This document shows, one piece after another, positions 19,606 through 28,591 of a stretch of 64,000 bases of DNA. Position 1 is the stretch's first letter, and each line of letters opens with the position of its first letter. The notes beneath the pieces were generated by a model, which was not told the DNA's origin, ran no database searches, and was given only the letters and a program-made list of their open reading frames with translations. The stretch spans positions 1-64,000 of the forward strand of contig JAXCHI010000002.1 in assembly GCA_033977065.1 (NCBI GenBank), written 5' to 3'. The position numbers were made by a program, and so were the translations under genes. This DNA is from Candidatus Algichlamydia australiensis. GTDB taxonomy: Bacteria; Chlamydiota; Chlamydiia; Chlamydiales; JAJFMI01.

Positions 19606-21088
19606 GATGAAACATGCAATCAACCCAACAAGAGATCAAGACTTTCCTGAGTGGTACCAACAGGTGGTAAAAGCAGCTGACTTGGCAGAAAGCTCTTCAG
19701 TACGCGGCTGTATGGTGATCAAGCCGTGGGGCTATGGCATTTGGGAAAAGATGCAGCGTGATCTCGATCAAAAATTTAAGCAGACTGGTGTCTCTAATGC
19801 CTATTTCCCGCTCTTTATTCCTCTTAGCTATCTTGAAAAAGAGGCGGAACACGTCGAAGGATTTGCCAAAGAGTGCGCGGTTGTCACACACCATCGCCTT
19901 AAAAAAGATCCAGATGGAGGGCTCATCCCTGATGGAGAGCTAGAAGAGCCGCTGATTGTGCGCCCAACCTCCGAAACCATCATCGGTGCCTCCTTTGCCA
20001 AGTGGATCGAGTCGTATCGCGACATGCCGCTTCTGATCAACCAGTGGGCCAACGTTGTACGCTGGGAGATGCGCCCACGCATTTTGCTTCGCACAGCCGA
20101 ATTTCTCTGGCAAGAGGGCCACACAGCGCATGCTACAAAAGAGGAAGCGGTTGCCAAGGCAAAAGAGATGCATGCGATCTATCAACAATTTTCTGAAGAG
20201 AGCCTTGCGATCCCTGTAATTGTAGGTAAGAAAAGCGAAGGCGAGCGTTTTCCAGGAGCGCTAACGACTTACACGCTAGAGGCAATGATGCAGGATCGCA
20301 AAGCGCTCCAAGGGTGCACCTCACACTTTCTCGGGCAAAACTTTTCCAAAGCCTCCGGCATCAAGTTTCGCAACGAAAAAGGGGAAGAGGATTTGGCCTG
20401 GACGACCTCTTGGGGCTCAACAACACGCTTTATAGGCGCGCTTGTGATGGTGCATAGCGACGATGATGGGCTGCGTTTGCCGCCTCGCATGGCTCCCTCA
20501 CAAGTTGTCATCATTCCTGTTATTCACAAGGAAGAGGCGCGCACAAAAGTCATGAACTGCGTCCAAAAAGTGAAAGAGCAACTCTCTACTATTGACTATC
20601 ATGGAGAAAAAATTTCCGTTATCATTGACGATCGCGAGATGCGTGGAGGAGAAAAGAGCTGGTCTTGGATTAAAAAAGGCATTCCGATGCGCATTGAGAT
20701 CGGTCCACGCGATATTGATGAGGGAAAACTTTGTATCCGCAAGCGCACCTCTGGCCATAAAGATATGGAAAAACAGAGTCCAGATGAGCTTGCTTCAACG
20801 ATTATTTCACAACTCGATGAAATGCAAAAAACTCTTTACGCCGAAGCGCAAAAATTCATGCAAGAAAATATGCATGAGATCGATACAAAAGAAGAATTTG
20901 ACGCCTTTTTTACAAAAGGAAAAGGGGGCTTTGCACTGACACCGTTTGCAGGCGATGTGGCGATGGAAAAAGAGATTCAAAAAAGATTGAGCGTTACCGT
21001 TCGCTGCATACCGGAAAATTTAGGCGAAGGCGTCTGTCCATTTACCGGAAAAAATGCAAAACGTGTAGTATTTGCGAAGTCGTATTGA
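19604..21088 (+). CDS. proS: Proline-tRNA ligase, archaeal/eukaryote-like type
   Basis: RPTSET, QWANVVRWE, EFLWQEGHT and a C-terminal KSY. No INS editing domain. Confidence 0.97.
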   Translation: MMKHAINPTRDQDFPEWYQQVVKAADLAESSSVRGCMVIKPWGYGIWEKMQRDLDQKFKQTGVSNAYFPLFIPLSYLEKEAEHVEGFAKECAVVTHHRLKKDPDGGLIPDGELEEPLIVRPTSETIIGASFAKWIESYRDMPLLINQWANVVRWEMRPRILLRTAEFLWQEGHTAHATKEEAVAKAKEMHAIYQQFSEESLAIPVIVGKKSEGERFPGALTTYTLEAMMQDRKALQGCTSHFLGQNFSKASGIKFRNEKGEEDLAWTTSWGSTTRFIGALVMVHSDDDGLRLPPRMAPSQVVIIPVIHKEEARTKVMNCVQKVKEQLSTIDYHGEKISVIIDDREMRGGEKSWSWIKKGIPMRIEIGPRDIDEGKLCIRKRTSGHKDMEKQSPDELASTIISQLDEMQKTLYAEAQKFMQENMHEIDTKEEFDAFFTKGKGGFALTPFAGDVAMEKEIQKRLSVTVRCIPENLGEGVCPFTGKNAKRVVFAKSY

Positions 21089-21101
21089 CGAGCGATCACT
21101 T

Positions 21102-21380
21102 ATGAGAGATATACACGAAGAAGATCCAAAAAAATTCAGGATTGTGAGTTTTAAATTCTTAGAGGATTTTGTCATAGAAGTTGTTCACGTGGACGGAACA
21201 AAAAAAGTCATTGATTTTAGAAAGTTGAAGCTCAAAAAATGGATGAAAAATTTAGAGAATCTCGACTATTTTAACCAAGTGGGAATCAATGAAATTGGGA
21301 ATTTGGAATGGCCCAATGGAGAGGATTTTCACCCTGGATATTTTTACTACTGGGAAGAGTACGAAAAATATTATCAATGA
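21102..21380 (+). CDS. DUF2442-family protein, copy 1
   Basis: DGTKKVIDF..L..LDYFNQV....LEWPNGEDFHP pattern. Confidence 0.8.
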   Translation: MRDIHEEDPKKFRIVSFKFLEDFVIEVVHVDGTKKVIDFRKLKLKKWMKNLENLDYFNQVGINEIGNLEWPNGEDFHPGYFYYWEEYEKYYQ

Positions 21381-21664
21381 CAGAAAGAAAGCTTTATTTA
21401 GAAGATCCGAGAAAGTTTACCATAACGAGTTTTAGAATCTTAGGGGATTTTGTCTTGGAAATCGTATACGAAGATGGAACAAAAAGAGTTGTTAATTTTG
21501 GGAAGCTAAAGCGCGAAGGTTTTTGGGAAAAGTTGCAGGATCTCAACTATTTTAACCAGGTGAAATTATCGGATATCTATAATTTAGAGTGGCCCAATGG
21601 GGAAGATTTTCATCCAGGGCATTTCTATTACTGGGAAGAATACGAAAAATATTACTTGAGATAG
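21377..21664 (+). CDS. DUF2442-family protein, copy 2 (tandem paralogue)
   Basis: ATGA overlap with copy 1. Shares NLEWPNGEDFHPG.FYYWEEYEKYY with it. Confidence 0.8.
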   Translation: MTERKLYLEDPRKFTITSFRILGDFVLEIVYEDGTKRVVNFGKLKREGFWEKLQDLNYFNQVKLSDIYNLEWPNGEDFHPGHFYYWEEYEKYYLR

Positions 21665-21785
21665 GAATTGGACTTTGTAGTTAAATTTTGCTAATACAGG
21701 ATGAGCTTTAACCGTATAAAAATAAATCAAAATCTAAGATACATGGTGGTTTTATTTTAACTCCATTTAGCAGTGATATCGCAAT

Positions 21786-21827
21786 GGGAAAAGAGCAAAA
21801 CGTGTGGTCTTTGCTAAATCGTATTGA
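21786..21827 (+). repeat. Diverged duplicate of the last 14 codons of proS (att-like)
   Basis: GGGAAAAGAGCAAAACGTGTGGTCTTTGCTAAATCGTATTGA (GKRAKRVVFAKSY*) versus 21047-21088 (GKNAKRVVFAKSY*). Confidence 0.9.
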
Positions 21828-21909
21828 GGATTCATTACTTTTGTAAAGGATATACTGAATAAGTGATTTGTCGATAGGCTGAGCCGAAAATAACCTTTTC
21901 TAGAATTTC

Positions 21910-24189
21910 TCAGCTGGGATGTCGGTAGATGACTTGTTCAGCGTCTCCTAATGGTTCTAATCCAAGAAGATTGATGAGTTCAATGCGCAGTGTATTTGTC
22001 ATTCTGCTTTGAAAGAATTCGGATTTGAAACTAGGAGAAACTTTAGAACCAAATTTTGCAAGTAACCTGGCGCGCTTTTCAACGAGATCCCTGCTATCCT
22101 CAATCTCCTCATGAAGACCTGGTGTGATGGATAACATATTTCCTCTTACCTCTTTTTGATTGATCTCAGTGCTGTCGAGCAGAGCTAGAAGTAGGTCGAT
22201 ATTAACTCCATTCATTTCGCAGTGAATCAATCCGTAAATATAAGGTTTTCTTTTCTGGTAATCTTCACCAACTAGGGAGTCTCCGTACTTAATAATTTTT
22301 TTTACTGCATCTATGTTCCCAGTAAGAGCTGCGATATGTAAAGCGGAAACTTCTTCGGGGTCATGGGCTAAGTAGTCCCATTTATCAAAAGTTTCGCTAT
22401 GAAGGATTTTTTGCGTGAGGGATCCCTCTTCAATATTTTCTAATTTATTAGGTAGCAACCGATCTTTTGATAGGGATCTCAAGTTTTCAAGCATTGCATT
22501 TACGATACTCTTGTCCCAAAAGTTATTTTTAAACAGTTCGTAAATAGCATTTGCCGAGCTATTCGCAGCAAAATAGACATAACGAGCTTGATTTTGGCTC
22601 TTTAATGTCGCTTTTACTGCGTATCGTAACATGTCAGGATCTCTTCCAATTTGTGTAAGGATCCTTCCGACGTCTGTGTTTTCATTGCGCGGTTTTGTAG
22701 AAGGAACTCTTTCACACTCTGACTGCCATCTTGAAAGAATTTTGTTCATGGAATCAAGAAAACTCCATTTTTTTCTTTTAGCCTTTTCTTTGGCTTCCTC
22801 CTTCGCATTTTCTATTTCAGTCAGTTCTTTGGCTTTCTCCATTGGATCGTAGAGTTTAAACACCCTGGATAAAAGGCCAGCCGCTAACCGCTGTATTTCA
22901 CCTTTTCCTTGTAACTCGACTCCAAATAACGCAACCCTCTCTCTCAGTTCCAATGCTGGTATGAGGTTTTTCGCCCAGTGCAAGGGGTGATAATGTGTTT
23001 GCGTGATGTTTCTCATTTTTTGTATATCACTCCACTTAATTAGCTTCAGTTGTCCATTAGAGTTGGCTGTGCATGTAAAACTCCCTCGCTTTGCCATTCT
23101 GGGAGGAGTGGTGGTGATAATAGATCCAAGTGCGTCAAATTTCATTGCCCAGCGAGGATTCAAATTTCTTTGTATCTTAACTTCTAGAATTAAGCGGGGC
23201 ATTTCCTGAGGAGATGCGTACCTAGAAGTGCCATCACTAAAGTTTTCTGTAACTGTGTTTTCGCTTTCTAAGATTTTGATTGCTGTACAGGGCTCAGGAT
23301 AGTAAACACCATTTGGGAAAATTCTTGCAGTAGCCTCTCTAACGACAAGATCTGCCAAAACGCCTAATTCAAGCGGAATATTTTCTCTTTCTCTAACTGT
23401 ATAACCTGTTGAGATGATGCTAGCTTCTTGCGAATATTTGTCTATGATAGAAAAAGGGCCGCAAGAGTCTTGAGAACGAAGTGAGAGAAGGTCTCCATCA
23501 AGAAAAAGTAAAAAAACCTCCCCACACCTTTCTTTTTGACGTAATATTCTAGTTGCATTTGAAGTTGTTGGATGATTTTTGATTAAATCGCGGATCTCTC
23601 GGATGGGAACGAGATGGGCTCTCTTCTCTTCTATTTTTTCGCGAAAAGCTTTTGCCTCTTTTTTGCTTTTATTTTTTAATTGTTTGTAAAATTGACGAGC
23701 ATCATCGTAAGAGCATTTTGTCCATCTCCCATTCTTTTTTCTTTGCCACTCACCCTCCCAAAAAAACGCAATTTTTTCGAAGGGGATTGAGGTGTTGGAA
23801 GCATCTAGATAGGTTTGCAGAGAGCGATTTCTTGAGGTGCTCAATGAGCGCATCTTATTGAGTCCTAAAACAATTTTTATTCTAGGCAAAAGAGAGCCAT
23901 TTAGATTCTGATTCTCCTCTTTGAATATCTTAGATATTTCTTCGATTTTCTCTACTGAAACAGGGGGATCAGCGGGGGTGCTTCTTTCTAGAACTTCTCC
24001 TAAGAACCCTCTTAAGGTCTTCTGTTGACGGAGCTGAAAGTGGTTACTTGGGTTTGTAAAACACTCATCTTGAAAAGTTCCATCAATTTCTTCATCCGAT
24101 GAGTCTGATTCTTCTGAATCGCTATCTACCCTAAAAGGAATGTTCACAACATAGGAACAGTTGCGAACTCTGTCACTTGAGCTTGTCAT
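21910..24189 (-). CDS. Orphan 759-aa effector-like protein: putative GT-A-like domain plus C-terminal ankyrin repeat
   Basis: Ser/acidic N-terminus, FLLFLDGD (DxD after a hydrophobic strand) and the ankyrin motif SALHIAALTGNIDAVKKII.YG. Confidence 0.6.
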   Translation of the reverse strand: MTSSSDRVRNCSYVVNIPFRVDSDSEESDSSDEEIDGTFQDECFTNPSNHFQLRQQKTLRGFLGEVLERSTPADPPVSVEKIEEISKIFKEENQNLNGSLLPRIKIVLGLNKMRSLSTSRNRSLQTYLDASNTSIPFEKIAFFWEGEWQRKKNGRWTKCSYDDARQFYKQLKNKSKKEAKAFREKIEEKRAHLVPIREIRDLIKNHPTTSNATRILRQKERCGEVFLLFLDGDLLSLRSQDSCGPFSIIDKYSQEASIISTGYTVRERENIPLELGVLADLVVREATARIFPNGVYYPEPCTAIKILESENTVTENFSDGTSRYASPQEMPRLILEVKIQRNLNPRWAMKFDALGSIITTTPPRMAKRGSFTCTANSNGQLKLIKWSDIQKMRNITQTHYHPLHWAKNLIPALELRERVALFGVELQGKGEIQRLAAGLLSRVFKLYDPMEKAKELTEIENAKEEAKEKAKRKKWSFLDSMNKILSRWQSECERVPSTKPRNENTDVGRILTQIGRDPDMLRYAVKATLKSQNQARYVYFAANSSANAIYELFKNNFWDKSIVNAMLENLRSLSKDRLLPNKLENIEEGSLTQKILHSETFDKWDYLAHDPEEVSALHIAALTGNIDAVKKIIKYGDSLVGEDYQKRKPYIYGLIHCEMNGVNIDLLLALLDSTEINQKEVRGNMLSITPGLHEEIEDSRDLVEKRARLLAKFGSKVSPSFKSEFFQSRMTNTLRIELINLLGLEPLGDAEQVIYRHPS

Positions 24190-24258
24190 ATAAACCTCCT
24201 AAGCGAAATTTTTACATAGAGTTCAAGCTTTTTTCAAGAAATAAAAAGAATGGGAAGT

Positions 24259-24287
24259 TGGACTTTGCTAGATCAGTTTGCTAGAAT
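24259..24287 (+). promoter_or_regulatory. Putative sigma66/70 promoter
   Basis: TGGACT-N17-TAGAAT with an extended TG, 27 bp before the ATG at 24315. Confidence 0.6.
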
Positions 24288-24314
24288 GGAGAAAAATTTA
24301 TTTCTAAGGTGTTT

Positions 24315-26474
24315 ATGCTTTCGTTCTTTCGCAGATATCAAAAAATTATTTATTCTGTAGTTGCTGTTTTTATCATTTGTTCATTCTCTTTTTTTGGAAC
24401 ATTTTCCTCTTTTCTAGGTGAAAGCTCACAGCCAAAAGATCGTGTAGTAGGAAGGCTTTTAGGAGGGAAAAAGCTCAAGGAGAGCGACCTAAGAAAAGCA
24501 GAGCGATTCCTCTCAAGCGATATGTACGATGTCGAATTGATGCAAAAGGGGAGTTTTCCCAATGCGTTTAATGATGGCGTACTAAGAAGGGACTTTTTTG
24601 AGACACCGCTCGCACAGAAAGTGGCTGTGCGCTACTTTGATGAGATTCAAGGTGAGCTTGCTGAATGTTTGGAGAAGGGGAAGCGTTTTACTCCTTATAC
24701 TCATCCAAGTTTCGGGTTCTTATCTGCTGAAGCGATTTGGAATATGTGGCGACCTGAAATTTCAGAGCATTTGCAAAGTTTAAAAACGCAAAAGCTGGCT
24801 GCTAGCGCTGTGAAAACTTTGGGGCAACTCTATCTTGACCAAGGGCATTTTCCTTCCCACTTTCTACGCCAATTTTTGCTTTCACAGGAGAAACAGCATG
24901 AGTGGATTCCACACGATCCTCAACTAGAGAGAGCAGATTTGGCGCTTTGCCACAACCACTCTCTTGAAGATTGGGTGGGACCTCGTTTTGTTCAGATTTG
25001 TGCGCAGCTTGTCCTCAATGGGGCAGCTCTTGCAGAGGAGCGCGGCTTTAAAGTCTCTTTGCCAGAAGCGCATGCGAGCATGGTACGCAATGCAGTTGAA
25101 TTTTTACAGTTCGAGTTAAAAAAACAAGAGATTTCTCAGGAAGAAATTACAAATTTTATTCAGAGAAATTTGCATGTTTTGGGAATGAACGAGCAAGAAG
25201 CTGCAACTGTTTGGCAAAAAGTTTTACTCTTTCGTTCGCTGTTAGAAAATGTGGGGAGTGTGGCATTTCTTGATTCGATGCCTTACAAGCAGTTTCACGA
25301 GTATGCAGATAGTCAAGTTTTGGTGAATCACTATACACTTCCAGAGGCTTTTCAACTCAAAGACGTCTCTTCAAAGCTCTGTTTCCAAAAGTATATTGAC
25401 TTAGTCGGGGAGCGTGTTTCGGGGAAAGCACTTCCTAGAAATATGCGTCCGACTTCAGCAATTTGTCCAGAGCTGCGCGAGGAAGCATTTAAACTTTGCT
25501 ACTCTTCTGTCAATGAAGATGAGATTGCCCTTTCAATTGGGACAAAAGATCTTTGGGATTATAAACTTGCAAATTTTTCAAAAATTTTAAAAAGATGTCC
25601 CGCCTCCTCAGTTGTTGCGCCAGAGAGCTTAGAGGAAAAATTGCAACTTTTGGAAAATCTAAAGCGCCATGTACGGGCAAAAGTTGATAGCTATGCAGCG
25701 GAACTTATGATTCAAGAGCATCCTGAATGGATTGAAGAGGCTCTTGCTAAAGGAAAATTAGAAGAGAAGCAGCTCTATATTCCCCTTAAAGGTGAGATAG
25801 CGGAGCTTGCTGGTATACCTGATGCAAATGCTCTATTGAAAGCGTTGCGAAAAGGGGAGAGCCGCTTTTGTGGAGATGGCAAAACCCACTACAAATTTGA
25901 AAAAGTAGAGAGTATTTTTGATGATCGTGTCTTGACTTTTGCTGAGGCGCAGCAGCGCGGTATTTTAAAGCAGTTAGTGCGTGCAGATCTTGAAAAGGCG
26001 TATCAAAAAATTCGCGAGAGTGATGCCAAGACTTTTCAAGATGAAAAGGGCGTATGGAAGCAGTTAGACGATGTTTACAATATTGTTGCAGAGCAGCACT
26101 ACGCTAGGATTGGAAACGCAGATAAGCGTTTAGAGACGTTTGTGAAGAGAATGCGTGAGAGGGTAAAAACGCACAAAGATATTGCACTAAAAGGTGATTT
26201 AGAGACGCAGTGGGAGTTGATCAATTCACAAGTAAAAGTAGCGCGTAAAGCGATTCCTGAATGGATGCAAAAAGAGGATTTCACTCAAGCAGGTCTCTCT
26301 GATGTGCAAACAAAAAACGTAGTTTGCTTTTACGAAGTTTTAGAAAAGACAGATGAGCCTAGCTCTTTACTCGAGCCAATGCGTCAAGGACGAGAGTTGC
26401 TTTCTCACGAGATCAAAGGGCACTTTATGGAAGAGTTGTTGGAAAAAGCACCGATCTACAACAAGGCGATCTAG
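24315..26474 (+). CDS. Conserved chlamydial membrane-anchored protein (CT283-like position; PpiD/SurA-like N-terminus)
   Basis: MLSFFRRYQK followed by one TM helix (..SFSFFG). Lies upstream of gcvH, as in the chlamydial gene order. Confidence 0.7.
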   Translation: MLSFFRRYQKIIYSVVAVFIICSFSFFGTFSSFLGESSQPKDRVVGRLLGGKKLKESDLRKAERFLSSDMYDVELMQKGSFPNAFNDGVLRRDFFETPLAQKVAVRYFDEIQGELAECLEKGKRFTPYTHPSFGFLSAEAIWNMWRPEISEHLQSLKTQKLAASAVKTLGQLYLDQGHFPSHFLRQFLLSQEKQHEWIPHDPQLERADLALCHNHSLEDWVGPRFVQICAQLVLNGAALAEERGFKVSLPEAHASMVRNAVEFLQFELKKQEISQEEITNFIQRNLHVLGMNEQEAATVWQKVLLFRSLLENVGSVAFLDSMPYKQFHEYADSQVLVNHYTLPEAFQLKDVSSKLCFQKYIDLVGERVSGKALPRNMRPTSAICPELREEAFKLCYSSVNEDEIALSIGTKDLWDYKLANFSKILKRCPASSVVAPESLEEKLQLLENLKRHVRAKVDSYAAELMIQEHPEWIEEALAKGKLEEKQLYIPLKGEIAELAGIPDANALLKALRKGESRFCGDGKTHYKFEKVESIFDDRVLTFAEAQQRGILKQLVRADLEKAYQKIRESDAKTFQDEKGVWKQLDDVYNIVAEQHYARIGNADKRLETFVKRMRERVKTHKDIALKGDLETQWELINSQVKVARKAIPEWMQKEDFTQAGLSDVQTKNVVCFYEVLEKTDEPSSLLEPMRQGRELLSHEIKGHFMEELLEKAPIYNKAI

Positions 26475-27086
26475 ATGGAGCTTGATGAGATTTCTCCTAT
26501 CTCTCCGCTGCAGTTTTTCTCGTTTAGCTACCCTGTTCCCTTTGCAAAAAAGTTTCCTGAGAAGGGAATCTTTACAGAGCCTTATCTGCTTCCTTGCATG
26601 GCAGAGTTTTTGGGTGAAGAGGCATTTGCTGATGTTGCCTTTTTCTGGAATGAGAAGGGGATAGAAGTTGTGATCAAGGTAGATAAGAAGAGAAAAGAGG
26701 GAGATCAGATCGAGCTCTTTTTTGATACGCGTGATCGCAAGGACCTTGGCTTTTTGAATCGTTACTGTCACCACTTTCTTTTTACAACCATTGGAGAAGA
26801 GGTGACAAGATTGCGTGCGGACCAGTTGCGAGAACTTGCTAAACCCGATCAGCTACAAATCGCAATTGAAGAGAGCACAAAATCGCATAAAGTAAAAATA
26901 AGAATAGATGCAGAGGCACTTTTTGGGTTTGCACCAAAAGAGTTTGCACGCCTAGGTTTTACCTACATCATTAAAAATGGGGAGGAGCTGCAACACTTTT
27001 CAGTCTCATCAAAAGATCACGCTGTTGCCTCTCATCCTAGCCTTTGGGCTAGTATACTAATGCGAAAATTGGAGAATAAGAGATGA
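26475..27086 (+). CDS. Hypothetical protein (beta-rich, DOMON/CBM9-like)
   Basis: WNEKGI, DQIELFFDTRD, HHFLF and HPSLWAS. Abuts or overlaps its neighbours. Confidence 0.65.
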   Translation: MELDEISPISPLQFFSFSYPVPFAKKFPEKGIFTEPYLLPCMAEFLGEEAFADVAFFWNEKGIEVVIKVDKKRKEGDQIELFFDTRDRKDLGFLNRYCHHFLFTTIGEEVTRLRADQLRELAKPDQLQIAIEESTKSHKVKIRIDAEALFGFAPKEFARLGFTYIIKNGEELQHFSVSSKDHAVASHPSLWASILMRKLENKR

Positions 27087-27442
27087 AATTTTCAGAATCA
27101 CACGAATGGATCAAGGCAACAGATGGCATTGGAACTGTTGGCATCACAAACTTTGCACAAAAAGAGCTGGGGGAGATCGTTCACGTCGAACTGCCAAAAG
27201 TAGGTGATCATGTAGAAGTGGGACAAGAGGTTGCTGTTGTGGAGTCGACAAAAGCAGCAGTAGATATCTGCTCACCTGCATCAGGCGTTATTGAAGAGAT
27301 CAACCCTGCTATCGTTGAAAACCCTTCACTCATTAATAAAGATCCGCAAATTGAGGGGTGGCTCTTTAAGATCAAACTTTCAAAAGTAAATGAGCTTGAA
27401 GATCTCCTCGATCATGTCCAGTATCTCGCCCTAATGAGGTAG
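27083..27442 (+). CDS. gcvH: Glycine cleavage system H protein
   Basis: SHEW, VGITNFAQKELG, lipoyl-Lys ESTKA and GWLFK. Confidence 0.96.
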   Translation: MKFSESHEWIKATDGIGTVGITNFAQKELGEIVHVELPKVGDHVEVGQEVAVVESTKAAVDICSPASGVIEEINPAIVENPSLINKDPQIEGWLFKIKLSKVNELEDLLDHVQYLALMR

Positions 27443-27455
27443 GGTATTTGGGTAT

Positions 27456-28538
27456 ATGGGAAAGTTTTATGTCCGGTTCCCTCCCCCTGGTAGATATGAG
27501 GGTTATTCTATCCCTACTTTTAGAGAGTTTAGCGAGCTGGACTGTTTTAAAAAAATTGAAGTTCTCTCTATCGCCTTTTTTGCCCAATTCGGTCTAATTG
27601 AAGAAAGAAAAATTACTATTTGCTCAGAGCAATACAAGATTGATTTTGTATTACCTTCGGTGGAGAAGATTTTACTGAGGGCGTTTAAAAAACAAAATGC
27701 AAGTTTAATAAAAACCCTATTTGCAATTCAAAATTACCTACCCACTTCTCATTTTTTAGATAAGATTGCAACTCTTAGAAGCTTAGACGAAAAACGTTTT
27801 GGTGAAAAAAGAGTAAAAGACTTTTGGTTAGAAATTGATAAAACTGTCGAAAATAAATGGAATGAGAGAGTCGAATGTGTTTTTTCTACTTGTAACATTG
27901 AAGAGATAAAAGAGCTCTTCTATTTCGCTCATAAAACTAACAACAAAAATATATTAAGTTTGTTTAAATTAAAAGTGTGCTATTTATTACAATCTCTATA
28001 TAAAAAAGTCTTAGAATTGCGTTATGATCTAGAGTATTCTTCCGGTATTCCTTTAAACGCTTCAATTTATTTAAAGGGAGTAGATTGGAATCTTTCTGGC
28101 TTGATGGAAAAATTTTTGTCTGGAAAATGGATCTCTATTTTGATCAAATGTACTTTACTTAAAGCGCAGTTTTTAACTCTGCTTGGGAAGTCTGAAGAAC
28201 TTAAGGATTTATTAGAAAAGCAGACATCAATCCTCATTTTTTCAAGTGAAATCTGGTTAGTATTTTCAAACTGTATAAATGAAGACGGACACACAGAGGA
28301 AATCTCGAAAGAATTTTCAATTGGATTGGCTACACTTTATGAAAATCGAGCTGAAGCGGTTCATCGCGCTCTTTTTTCGGGAGAGAATCACTCTCCTTAT
28401 TTTCTCAGTGTAGCAAAAACTTTGATTCCTCATTTTGGTAAGCAATTTTGGTCTAATTTTGGTGCTTTTTTGGTAGGGAAAAAAGAGAGCAACCCTGAGA
28501 GGGTTGCTCAAATGGAATGCTTAAGAGACTGTCTGTGA
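27456..28538 (+). CDS. Orphan hypothetical protein (AT-rich)
   Basis: 360-aa uninterrupted ORF with no recognised motif. Confidence 0.6.
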   Translation: MGKFYVRFPPPGRYEGYSIPTFREFSELDCFKKIEVLSIAFFAQFGLIEERKITICSEQYKIDFVLPSVEKILLRAFKKQNASLIKTLFAIQNYLPTSHFLDKIATLRSLDEKRFGEKRVKDFWLEIDKTVENKWNERVECVFSTCNIEEIKELFYFAHKTNNKNILSLFKLKVCYLLQSLYKKVLELRYDLEYSSGIPLNASIYLKGVDWNLSGLMEKFLSGKWISILIKCTLLKAQFLTLLGKSEELKDLLEKQTSILIFSSEIWLVFSNCINEDGHTEEISKEFSIGLATLYENRAEAVHRALFSGENHSPYFLSVAKTLIPHFGKQFWSNFGAFLVGKKESNPERVAQMECLRDCL

Positions 28539-28576
28539 ATTAAAATTCGACAAAAGTTAACTCACAGACAGCCTCT
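28524..28576. repeat. 20-bp inverted repeat between convergent genes (terminator-like or IS-end remnant)
   Basis: AGAGACTGTCTGTGAATTAA-N13-TTAACTCACAGACAGCCTCT (18/20). Both mismatches are G-U pairs on the minus-strand RNA. Confidence 0.75.
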
Positions 28577-28591
28577 AGAAAGCGCTTAAGC

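Noticed and set aside
19263..19607. Ordinary protein-coding gene (114 aa)
   Set aside because: It consists entirely of two nested palindromic elements, so it is reported as a repeat and a finding instead.
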